Source of the DNA: an uncultured Clostridium sp.
GTDB lineage: Bacteria > Bacillota > Clostridia > TANB77 > CAG-508
DNA: 41,441 bases
NCBI GenBank assembly: GCA_946496115.1
Contig: CAMMFK010000002.1
Span: 1 to 41,441 of the forward strand
Reading direction: 5' to 3'
Part shown: positions 16,473 through 26,100 of the stretch, one piece after another
How positions within the stretch are numbered: the first letter of the stretch is position 1
How the letters are laid out: each line of letters opens with the position of its first letter
The notes under the pieces: generated by a model
Databases searched by the model: none
What the model was told of the DNA's origin: nothing
What the model saw: the letters and a program-made list of their open reading frames with translations, nothing else
Position numbers and translations under genes: made by a program

Positions 16473-17087
16473 ATGACTAGATGCATTAATATTTATTTTA
16501 AAAAAGATAGTATTGTACTTAAAATTAAAGAAGATGCAACAACAAATGAGATTTTGAATGAATTACAAGAAAAATTGCCAGATCTTAAAGAATTTTATAA
16601 AGATGAAAAAACACCTATTATGGTTACCGGTAAAATTTTAAAAAGATTCGAAATTGATAGTATTCAAAAACTAATTCAAAATGTTATAAAAGTAAAAGTC
16701 GATTTCGATAGTCCAAAAACATTAGGACTTCATGGCATAAAAAGAACTTTTAGAAAGGATATACAAATATCAGAAACAAAGTTTTATAAAGGTTCTATTA
16801 GATCAGGACAGAAAATGGAATTTGAAGGGAGTATAGTCATAATAGGTGATGTTAATGATGGTGCAGAAGTAATTGCAGAAGACAATATAGCAGTTTTAGG
16901 AAACCTTAGGGGAATGGCACATGCAGGAGCAAAAGGCAATGAAAAAGCGATTATAGCTGCCAGTATAATAAATTCACCACAAATAAGAATAGCTAGTAGA
17001 ATTCTAGAAAGAGATAGAAAAGATATAGAAAGAGAAAGCTATTCATATGCTTATATAAATGACGAAGGGCTAATAGAAATGGAGTAG
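16473..17087 (+). CDS. minC: Septum site-determining protein MinC
   Basis: C-terminal beta-helix motif (IRSGQKMEFEGSIVIIGDVNDGAEVIAEDNIAVLGNLRGMAHAGAKGN). AGGAG lies 9 nt upstream of the ATG. Confidence 0.85.
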   Translation: MTRCINIYFKKDSIVLKIKEDATTNEILNELQEKLPDLKEFYKDEKTPIMVTGKILKRFEIDSIQKLIQNVIKVKVDFDSPKTLGLHGIKRTFRKDIQISETKFYKGSIRSGQKMEFEGSIVIIGDVNDGAEVIAEDNIAVLGNLRGMAHAGAKGNEKAIIAASIINSPQIRIASRILERDRKDIERESYSYAYINDEGLIEME

Positions 17088-17114
17088 TCAATTTAGCAAT
17101 AGCAGTATCAATGC

Positions 17115-17149
17115 GATGTAAAGGAATTTATCCTTTACATCTTCTTTAT
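17115..17149 (+). terminator. Rho-independent terminator ending the mre-pbp2-minC operon
   Basis: An 11-bp stem gatgtaaagga / tcctttacatc, loop attta, followed by ttctttat. Confidence 0.75.
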
Positions 17150-17245
17150 ATAATATAAATAATATAAGCAGTATTAAAAGGTCATCTGTGTGTAATTTAA
17201 ATCCGAAAATATCAATTACACCATCACCATCAACTGGGAACAAAT

Positions 17246-17860
17246 TCAATTCTTATCACCACCAAACAAGTCAAAAGCTTGTGTCATTTTTCCCATCTTA
17301 ATAAGTTTAATATATTCATCTACTTTTTCTTTTTTTTCATTACGCAAATAAGGCTTTAGCGACATTAATAACTTAGACATGTCATCATCGTTATTAAAAG
17401 ATTTCATCTTAGACATTACTCCTTGAAGTTTCATCATTGTTTCTATGTCTATATTAGGAAAATCGGAATTTATATTGTTATTGTTCTGATTAGAATTATC
17501 AGTGTCATAATTATTGCTATTTCTTTGAGAGTAAGTAGAAGAATATTTATTATAATTCTGGCTTTCTTTAGAGTGAGAACTGTTTAATCTCACATTATCT
17601 ACGAAGTTAGTTTGCCCTTTGGAATTATTGTAATTATTAGAGTTATTGAGATTGCTTTGATTACTGTAACTATTAGAATTATTATGGTTGAAACGATTAC
17701 TATAGTTATTAGTACCATTGTGGTTGTTTTGATTATTCATACTATTTGTTCCATTACTCTGCATATTTTTTACAAGATTTTTTAGTTCATCAGGAATCTG
17801 ATTATTGTTAATCATTTCCTGAGCCTTTTTTATCATATTAGCCATATCATTATCATTCAT
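17246..17860 (-). CDS. Asn-rich low-complexity hypothetical protein
   Basis: The start was moved to the ATG at 17860 (GGAGG 7 nt upstream); the track TTG at 17881 has no RBS. The central region of about 110 aa is dominated by N/S/Y/Q. The ends are structured (MANMIKKAQEMINNNQIPDELKNL... and ...MSKLLMSLKPYLRNEKKEKVDEYIKLIKMGKM). Confidence 0.6.
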   Translation of the reverse strand: MNDNDMANMIKKAQEMINNNQIPDELKNLVKNMQSNGTNSMNNQNNHNGTNNYSNRFNHNNSNSYSNQSNLNNSNNYNNSKGQTNFVDNVRLNSSHSKESQNYNKYSSTYSQRNSNNYDTDNSNQNNNNINSDFPNIDIETMMKLQGVMSKMKSFNNDDDMSKLLMSLKPYLRNEKKEKVDEYIKLIKMGKMTQAFDLFGGDKN

Positions 17861-18180
17861 ACCTAAGCCTCCATTATACAAATATTACAATCAAAATTAC
17901 TTACGCATACTTAAATCTAACTATAATATTATATGCGAGATGGTATAAATTGTTACAACTTTGTAAAGAAAATTTAATAAAAAAGCTGAAAAAATATTTT
18001 CCGTATGAAAAGATATTAAAAGCTATTTTTAGAATTGAAAATCACTATTGTCAAGAAAAATAATAAAGGTTAATATAAGTTAGAATTATATTCAGCACAT
18101 ATTAAAAATATACTTTTAGAATAAAAGACTTTTAGAAGTATAAAATCAAACAAAAAAATTCAAAAAATGTGCTGAAAATC

Positions 18181-18209
18181 TTGAAAAATAGCAAAAAAAA
18201 AGGTATAAT
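18181..18209 (+). promoter_or_regulatory. Sigma-A type promoter of the giant surface-protein operon, with A9 in the spacer
   Basis: TTGAAA (18181-18186), 17-nt spacer containing aaaaaaaaa (18193-18201), TATAAT (18204-18209). Confidence 0.6.
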
Positions 18210-18243
18210 TAAGTTATGTTAATTTTAAAATAGGAGGGTTACT

Positions 18244-21200
18244 ATGCAAAAAACAATAAGCAAAGTAATAGCTACTATGCTAGTTGCAATTTTAGTAGGT
18301 TTTAATTGTATTACAACTGGCGTATATGCAGCGAACATTATTGAACAAAATAATGAAACATCAGAAGAAAACATTACTTTTGATGTAAAACTAGGAAATG
18401 AAGAAACACACGAAGGATATGAGTACACAGCAGATATAGACTCTACTGACACTAACTTATATCTTAATATTGGTGTGAAAAACACAGGATACTTAAAGAA
18501 TATATTAATAAACCTAGAAAATAACAACTACAAATTCGACTATGAAAAAGTCAATGATAATAGAATTAAAAACATAACTGAAAATTCTATAGAGCTAAAT
18601 CAAATAAACACAAGTGAAACAGTTGAATTAGCTATACCAATTATACCAAATAAAGATGATAAAGTTTCGGCAAATGAATTAGGCAAGGATAGCACAGTCA
18701 AATTTAAAGCAACATACATAAATGAAGATAACAAAGAACGTGAAATTGAAAAAGATATGACTGTTCATATTAACTGGATGGCATCAGATGAAAATTTAGT
18801 TGGGGAACTAAGTCAAGAAGTAATTAGATATTTAAACTATGATGGTAAAACAATGCTTAGCCTATTACTTAGTGATGAATTAAAAGATTCAAAACTACCA
18901 TTAAGCTCAAAACAAATACAAATTAATGTTCCAACAATAAATGACTTAAAACCTTCAGAAGTTATAGTAACCGCAATAGATACACTAGCTACAAATGGTG
19001 AGGCAGACGGAGTAAACTTTACACAAGATAGCTATGCATATGACAGCGAATCAGGAACACTTACAATAAATGTTGAAAATACAGTAGATGAAAATGGAAT
19101 GGTTTCATGGGTAAAAGGACAAGCAGACAAATTTGTCGTTACATATATATACGAAACAAATACTAATGAAGAAGCAATAACAATACACACAGAAACAACA
19201 ACAAATACAACATTATTAAATGGAACAACTGTATCTACAAGCATGGAACAAAAAGATTATAATATAGATTCAAAAATAGGAGATATTGCAACAGTAAATG
19301 TTCTACCACAAACAGCCACATTAAACAAAGGATACATGTACTCAAATAAAGACAAAAATGAAAACCAAATAGAAACAGAATTTGGAGTACAATACAAATT
19401 AAATGTAGGTTTAGCAGATGCATTAAATGAAGTAACTATTAAAGAAAATGGAGACTTTCTAGGAGATATAAATGCAAGTGCCTACATTTACGATAGAAAA
19501 GTTACAGTATCATCAGAAGAACTTGTAAAAGTACTTGGAGAAGAAGGAAAAATAGATGTTCTTAAATCTGATGGAACAGTTATAGGAACATTAAATAAAG
19601 ATACAGTAGAATTAGAAATAAACAATTCAAATATATCTTTTGTTGCAAGTAAACCTCAAACAGAAGGCGAAATAAATTTAAATGTAACAAAAGCTATTAA
19701 GGGAAATCTAGACTATAGTAAAGAACAGATTGCAAGCTTTAAAACATTAACTTCAAGAGTTCAAATAAATGCAGAAGCAAAAGGAGAAATAACATTAGAT
19801 GAACCAACTTCAAAAGTAAATGTGCAATTAAGCAATACAAACTTATCTACAGTAGTAGAAAACGAAAATGTTGTAATGAATATTACATTAGAAAGAGATG
19901 ATGTTACAGACAACTTATTTGCAAATCCAGAATTAGACATAGTATTTCCTCAAGAGATAACAGGTATTGAAATAAAAGATGCAACACTTTTATATGATGA
20001 ACAATTAGTAAGTGGAGATTCTGTAATAGATGGAAATACAATAAAATTAAAATTTACAGGAAATCAAACAGAGTATAGTTCACAATCAATGGCAAAAGGA
20101 ACAGTTATAAGATTAGTATTAGACTTAACATTAAATAACTTGAGCCCAAGCAAGCAAACAAATATAGTTTTATCATATACAAATGATAATGATGAAATAA
20201 TAGCAAATGCATCAAATAGCGGAGTTTCAACATTATCAGAAAATGAAAATACAAATACAGTAGAAGTACCAGTAAATGTAGTTGCACCAACAGGATTTGT
20301 AACAACACAAAGTATAACAGGATATAATGGAGATGAAACTGTTACAGCACAAGAAAGTGAAGCTATAGGCAATTTACCAGTATTAGATAAAGAAAAAACT
20401 GCTACAATTTCTGGAGTAGTTGTAAACAATTTAGGCAAAGATGCCGAAGGATTAAAAGTACTTGGCAGAATACCTTTCAAGGGAAATAAAGGAGTAGACG
20501 GAAGTATCGACTTAGGAACAACATTTGATACAACTTTAGTAGGTGCTCTTTCAGTAGAAGGAATAGATGCAACAGTTTATTACTCAGCAAATGGAGAAGC
20601 TACAGCAAACATAGATGACAGTAATAATGGTTGGCAAACAGAATATACTGCAGACGCAAAATCTTATATGATAGTTGCAAATAGTGCAGTAACAAATGCT
20701 ACAACATTTAACTTTAATTATAATATAACAATACCTGCAAACGTAGATTATGCAAATACTGCAAAAGCAAGCTATGGAGTATATTACAACAATGATGCTC
20801 AAGAAGGAACAAGTCAAAATGTAGTATTGGCTAGCAATGTTGGTGTTAAAACAGATGATGTGCCAGAGATAAATACAATCATACAAGTTACAGAAAGCTA
20901 TAGCGGAGAAGAAATAACAAATGGTGGAAGTATTAATGCGGGAAAATATCTTAATGCTAAAATTACTGTAAAAAATTCTGGAGATGAAGAGGCAAGAAAT
21001 GTTAAATTAAAAGTCAATATACCTCTTGCTTACTCAGAAATCAAACAAGAAACTATAGACAATAGTACATATACATATTTTGAAAATGATGGTTCAGAAG
21101 AATTTGATTTAGGTAACATTGCAGCAGGAAGCGAAGCTTCAGCAGAAATAAATCTATTCCTAGGAGTAGGCGTTATGCTAAATGAAGATATATCATTAAG

Positions 21201-23106
21201 AGCAGAAACTACAGCCGACAACCTAGAAGGTACTAGTGTTGGAGTACTTGAACTTAAAGCGACAGATGGAACACTTAGCCTAGAATTAGGTTCAAATGAA
21301 GAAAATAGTAAATTAAGTGCAGGTAAGGAATTTAGTAATAGCTTAGCTATAAAAAATTCCTCAGATAATGAGCAAAGAAATGTAAAAATAACCATAAACT
21401 TACCTTCTGAACTTGAATATGTATCTGGAAGTGATGGTTTAAACTATAATTCAAGCAATAATACCATTACATATTCGAAAGATTCAATAGAAGATTGGGG
21501 AACGCAAAAACTTGAATTTACATTAAAAGCAAAAGAAGTAAACGAATATGAAAAGACAATCAGTATGCAAGCAACTGCCACATTTGATACTGTAACAATA
21601 TCAGAAGAGTCAGGAGAAAGCGTTCAATCAAATACAGAATTATCAAATACTGTAAACTTCTATGTTGGAAATATTAGAGCAGACGTAAGATTTACAAGTA
21701 ATATAGAAGGTAGTATGCTTGATACAGATACATTAGAATACTACATAGAAACAACAAATAATTCGTCAAATAGTGTTTTAGTAAACATATCAGATATATT
21801 ACCAAATGCTCTATATTGTAGAGAGTACACAGTACAAAATGGTCAAAATACTAATACAGTAGAGAAAAATACAAATTCAGTTGGTATAGAGGAAACAGTT
21901 AATCCAGGAGATACATTAAGGTTAACAATAGTGGCTAGAGCATATACTCTAACTACAGGATCATCTGTAGAAATAGAAAACTTACCAGCAATTACAGTAG
22001 ATGGTCAAAATATACAAGTCTCATCAATAAAACATACTATAAATGGTACAGGAATTTATAATCCAGATGACGAAGATGATGGTCACAATACAGTAGATGG
22101 AACATATAGAATAAGTGGTGTGGCTTGGATTGATAGCAACAAAAATGGACGTAAAGAAAGTACAGAGCAAAGACTATCAGGAATATCAGTTACACTTTAT
22201 GATCAAAATGGATATATAGTAAAAGATGCTAATGGTACAGAAATAAAAGCCACAACAGATAATGAAGGAAAATATGCATTAGCTAATGTACCTGTAGGAG
22301 AATACACAGCAGTTGCAGAATACAATACAGCGGATTATATATTAACAACATATCAATTAGAGGGTATTCCAAGTAGCGAAAATTCTGATTTCGTAGAGGC
22401 AACACTAGATGGTAAACCAGTAGCTGCAACAAATATAATAAGAATTACAAATGCTAATATGTATAATACAGATATAGGTTTGCAAGAAAGAGAACAATTT
22501 GACTTAAAACTTGACAAAATAGTATCAAGAGTAACAGTTACAAATACAAGATTAGACCCAAGAACATATGAATATAAATCAAACTTTGCAATGGTAAGCT
22601 TATTAAATACATATGTTGAATACTCAACAGTATTAATAGAATACAACTTAACTATTACAAATGAAGGTAAAGTAGCTGGATATGCAGAAGAAATAATAGA
22701 TTATATGCCAGAAGGAATGGCATTTAGCTCAGACCTAAATCCAAACTGGTATGTAGGATCTGATGGAAATCTATATACAGCATCTTTAGCAAATACACTA
22801 ATTCAACCAGGTGAAAGCAGAACAATAACTTTAGTATTGTTAAGAAGAATGACAGGTGAAAACACAGGAACAATAGTAAATACAGCAGAAATATCTCAAA
22901 CATATAATGATTATGGATTACAAGATGGAGACTCTACACCAGGAAATAGACAAGATGGAGAAGATGATATATCAAGTGCTACAACATTGTTAGCAATGAA
23001 TACTGGTAGAGAAGTAGCTTCATTTATGGGAATTACACTAGGAGTAATAGCAATGATTGGCTTAGCAGTGTTCTTAATTAAAAAATACGTTATAAAAAGA
23101 ATATAA
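18244..23106 (+). CDS. Giant cell-surface protein 1 (1620 aa): DUF11/CARDB-like repeats, SdrD-B/Cna-B-like domain, sorting-signal-like C-terminus
   Basis: Signal peptide ends ...TTGVYA. Repeats such as KITVKNSGDEEARNVKLKVNIP, LAIKNSSDNEQRNVKITINLP and YNLTITNEGKVAGYAEEIIDYMPEGM are present. The SdrD-B-like module GVAWIDSNKNGRKE...TDNEGKYALANVPVGEY lies at about nt 22103-22360. The tail is AMNTG (22993-23007) followed by a hydrophobic helix and KKYVIKRI. Confidence 0.8.
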   Translation: MQKTISKVIATMLVAILVGFNCITTGVYAANIIEQNNETSEENITFDVKLGNEETHEGYEYTADIDSTDTNLYLNIGVKNTGYLKNILINLENNNYKFDYEKVNDNRIKNITENSIELNQINTSETVELAIPIIPNKDDKVSANELGKDSTVKFKATYINEDNKEREIEKDMTVHINWMASDENLVGELSQEVIRYLNYDGKTMLSLLLSDELKDSKLPLSSKQIQINVPTINDLKPSEVIVTAIDTLATNGEADGVNFTQDSYAYDSESGTLTINVENTVDENGMVSWVKGQADKFVVTYIYETNTNEEAITIHTETTTNTTLLNGTTVSTSMEQKDYNIDSKIGDIATVNVLPQTATLNKGYMYSNKDKNENQIETEFGVQYKLNVGLADALNEVTIKENGDFLGDINASAYIYDRKVTVSSEELVKVLGEEGKIDVLKSDGTVIGTLNKDTVELEINNSNISFVASKPQTEGEINLNVTKAIKGNLDYSKEQIASFKTLTSRVQINAEAKGEITLDEPTSKVNVQLSNTNLSTVVENENVVMNITLERDDVTDNLFANPELDIVFPQEITGIEIKDATLLYDEQLVSGDSVIDGNTIKLKFTGNQTEYSSQSMAKGTVIRLVLDLTLNNLSPSKQTNIVLSYTNDNDEIIANASNSGVSTLSENENTNTVEVPVNVVAPTGFVTTQSITGYNGDETVTAQESEAIGNLPVLDKEKTATISGVVVNNLGKDAEGLKVLGRIPFKGNKGVDGSIDLGTTFDTTLVGALSVEGIDATVYYSANGEATANIDDSNNGWQTEYTADAKSYMIVANSAVTNATTFNFNYNITIPANVDYANTAKASYGVYYNNDAQEGTSQNVVLASNVGVKTDDVPEINTIIQVTESYSGEEITNGGSINAGKYLNAKITVKNSGDEEARNVKLKVNIPLAYSEIKQETIDNSTYTYFENDGSEEFDLGNIAAGSEASAEINLFLGVGVMLNEDISLRAETTADNLEGTSVGVLELKATDGTLSLELGSNEENSKLSAGKEFSNSLAIKNSSDNEQRNVKITINLPSELEYVSGSDGLNYNSSNNTITYSKDSIEDWGTQKLEFTLKAKEVNEYEKTISMQATATFDTVTISEESGESVQSNTELSNTVNFYVGNIRADVRFTSNIEGSMLDTDTLEYYIETTNNSSNSVLVNISDILPNALYCREYTVQNGQNTNTVEKNTNSVGIEETVNPGDTLRLTIVARAYTLTTGSSVEIENLPAITVDGQNIQVSSIKHTINGTGIYNPDDEDDGHNTVDGTYRISGVAWIDSNKNGRKESTEQRLSGISVTLYDQNGYIVKDANGTEIKATTDNEGKYALANVPVGEYTAVAEYNTADYILTTYQLEGIPSSENSDFVEATLDGKPVAATNIIRITNANMYNTDIGLQEREQFDLKLDKIVSRVTVTNTRLDPRTYEYKSNFAMVSLLNTYVEYSTVLIEYNLTITNEGKVAGYAEEIIDYMPEGMAFSSDLNPNWYVGSDGNLYTASLANTLIQPGESRTITLVLLRRMTGENTGTIVNTAEISQTYNDYGLQDGDSTPGNRQDGEDDISSATTLLAMNTGREVASFMGITLGVIAMIGLAVFLIKKYVIKRI

Positions 23107-23120
23107 GAAAGGAGGAAAAC

Positions 23121-26100
23121 ATGAGACATAAAACTAAACATTTTACACTAAAGAAAATAATTGCTATTATTATAATAATAGCAACCTTAATTTCAGCAGG
23201 TATATCTACATTTTACTTGTTATTTAGTGGAGAAGATGTACAATCTGTAGAAGGAACATTTGCTACAGCTGGTGGATCAGTTACATTAGGAAGTTTGGGT
23301 GGTTGTAATACAACAGAAATGTATACATTAAATGCAAATTACTTTTGTGCAAATCCAAATTATGCTTCAAGTAGAAGACTAAGAAACTCAAAACAAGTAG
23401 ATAAGTCCCCAGTTGCTCCTGATGGAGGATATAGTGCAACAGAGCAGGAAACTACATATACTCAACTAAGAAGTGGACAGCTTCCTCAAACTGTTGCCTA
23501 TGCTAAATGGCAGGGAGCAAGAGGAGCAACTATGCAAAATATTGTATGGGCGTCTTGGAATTGGGATGATGGCTATGAATTGCTAACAGGACATGATACA
23601 ACAAGTAATAATGTAAATTCAGGAGGAATTGCTGGTAGATCTGAAAGATTTGCAAACTTTGTAAATTATGTTTTAACAGATGGAACTACATTTACTTTAT
23701 CTGCAACTCCTACTACAGATGAGTCAGACGATTTAAAAGTAATGATTGATCAAGCCAATACAACATATACTGTTGGACCTTATGTTATAGACTTTGCTAA
23801 TAGTTCAAGTACTACTCGTGATGGGCTTATGACTTTAGGCGATTTAGTATATGATGAGATAGTGAATGATTATGATGGAAAGTTTATTTGGGGAGACATA
23901 GGAGCCAATATAGTAACTCCTGATGGAAACATTAGTACTCCATCAAATATAAAGGTATTAGATTCGTCTGGAAGTGAAATAAGCAGTAAGTTTCCTAAAT
24001 TTGGACAAGAATTTTATATACAATATACTTCATCGGATAAAATAACAAAAATAGTTCCAAGTTTAGCAATAAATTTTGTTACAAAAATAACAGGTACAGG
24101 AACTACTTACCAATCATCACAATGTGAGTTTAGAATACATGATGATGCAACTATGCAATACTTAACAGCGGCTATGCGCGAATATAAATATGCAAAAAAA
24201 TATAATATAGAAGATGGTTTGTTTACAAATGTAAATTCTTTAAATATTACAGGAGAAACTACAGATGTCGCTTCAATTTTTTCAGATATTAAGACAAGCA
24301 TAGCAACAAATATAAAAAAATATGCAGAAGAAGGTGATTATCCTGTAGGCTCGGTAGAAGTAGATATCGGAGAAGAAGGCTCTGGACATATACTTGGTAT
24401 TTTCAGTGATGAAGACAATACATTTCATAAAGGTAATATTTCTATAGGAACACAATTGGTAAAAGTAGATGAGAAAAAGGCTTATTTATTAAATAATAAT
24501 GATGGAACTCCTACTTGGTGGGATGATAATATACCATCTGGATTTCTTGATAATCCTCAGAATTCAATAGACGATGAGAGAGCATATACAATTTATAAAG
24601 CTTATGGGCAAGTTAGATCAGATGATGGAACAATACTAAACGATTTGGATTCAGAAGATGATGGCGAAGGACAGCCTACAGAAGAATATTGCCCTAATGC
24701 TGATGCAGTTTTTAACCAATTATATCCTGGTATACCTTCTGAACCATCAACTTCAGCATCCGATTTAGCAAAAAACTGGGCTAAATATAATTTAAGATAT
24801 GCTATAAAATTTGCTGCGGAATATCCAGTAGTTAAAGAAGAGAACGAATACTTACAACCTGCTGTAACTGTATCTGTATCAAAACCATCTGAACCTGGAA
24901 TGCCACCAATTCCAACAATACCATCAACTCCTGGAACTCCTTATCCACCAGTAACACCTGGAATAACTACATCAACTGGATCTACAAAAGTAATTTTACC
25001 AGGCAAATCAATTAATATGTATATAGGTGGATATGTATGGGAAGACCTAGGTTTCACAAAAGAGAGTGTTGAAAACGGTAGGTATGACAGTGGAAATGAA
25101 AGTAGATTTGGAGGTATACAAGTCACTCTGCATGATGCAAATACTGACCAGGTGGTTGCTTCGACGACAACTGACTCGAATGGACAGTATGGATTCAAAG
25201 ATTTACATCCAATGCATAAATACTGTGTAGAATTTACTTATAATGGACAAGTATATCAGCATACATACTATAATAACAATTTATCGGGAGGTTATTCGAC
25301 TGCGACAGAGAAATCAAATGACAGGACAGATTTAAATACTAGATTTGAAACTATAGATTCAACACCAAATAATTATTTAGCTGATGATAGACAAAATAAA
25401 TCATATGGTATGTATGTACGAATTCCAGCAAGCGATGGAACATATTTGTCATATACTCCAACAGTATATACAGACGGACAAAATACAGGTGCATTAAGAT
25501 TCTGTGATGTATTAGAAATATTTAGAAAAGCGAATGTAAATGGAAAAAATATTGATTCTTCAAGTCAAGATACTATGGAAAGTACATATAATACATTATC
25601 GACAGACAGAACATATGCAAGTTCAGAAGGTAGTTTCAAAGAGGAATTAAGAAATATTGCAAGTAGTCAAGGAAAAACTATATCAGAACCTGAATTAAAT
25701 AGTTTATGGAACTATATAAATCATTGTATGATAAGTTCATATACAATAAGATATCCAGAGGAAGATAGATTTGTATTAGAAGATGTAGATAATCCTCAAG
25801 AAGGAAATGTTATAGGATATGAATACTTATATACACCTTCAAGAGATCAAAGTAGAAATGTAGACTTTGGTTTAAATGCAAGAGATACTGCAGATTTAGC
25901 AATACAAAAAGACGTATATAAAGCAACTGTAAGAGTAAATGGTAAAACTCAAACATATATGTATAACAACAAAGACGCAGATATTGATGATGATGGAAAC
26001 TGGAATATAACAGTAAGGCAAGCAGATTACTTATACAATGGTGGAACAAGATACACTAGAGAGATACGTAAATCTGAATACTTATATGATGGAACTATCT

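Noticed and set aside
16442-16480. A 12-codon ORF (MKNQNIGVIKND) overlaps the minC start. Removing one A from the A5 run at 16469-16473 would fuse it to minC, so it could mark a second frameshifted gene.
   Set aside because: The upstream ATG has GGAGG only 1 nt away, which is non-functional spacing. The minC ATG at 16473 has AGGAG at an ideal 9 nt. The fused N-terminus has no clear MinC-like gain. I kept 16473, although read-level inspection of the A-run would settle it.
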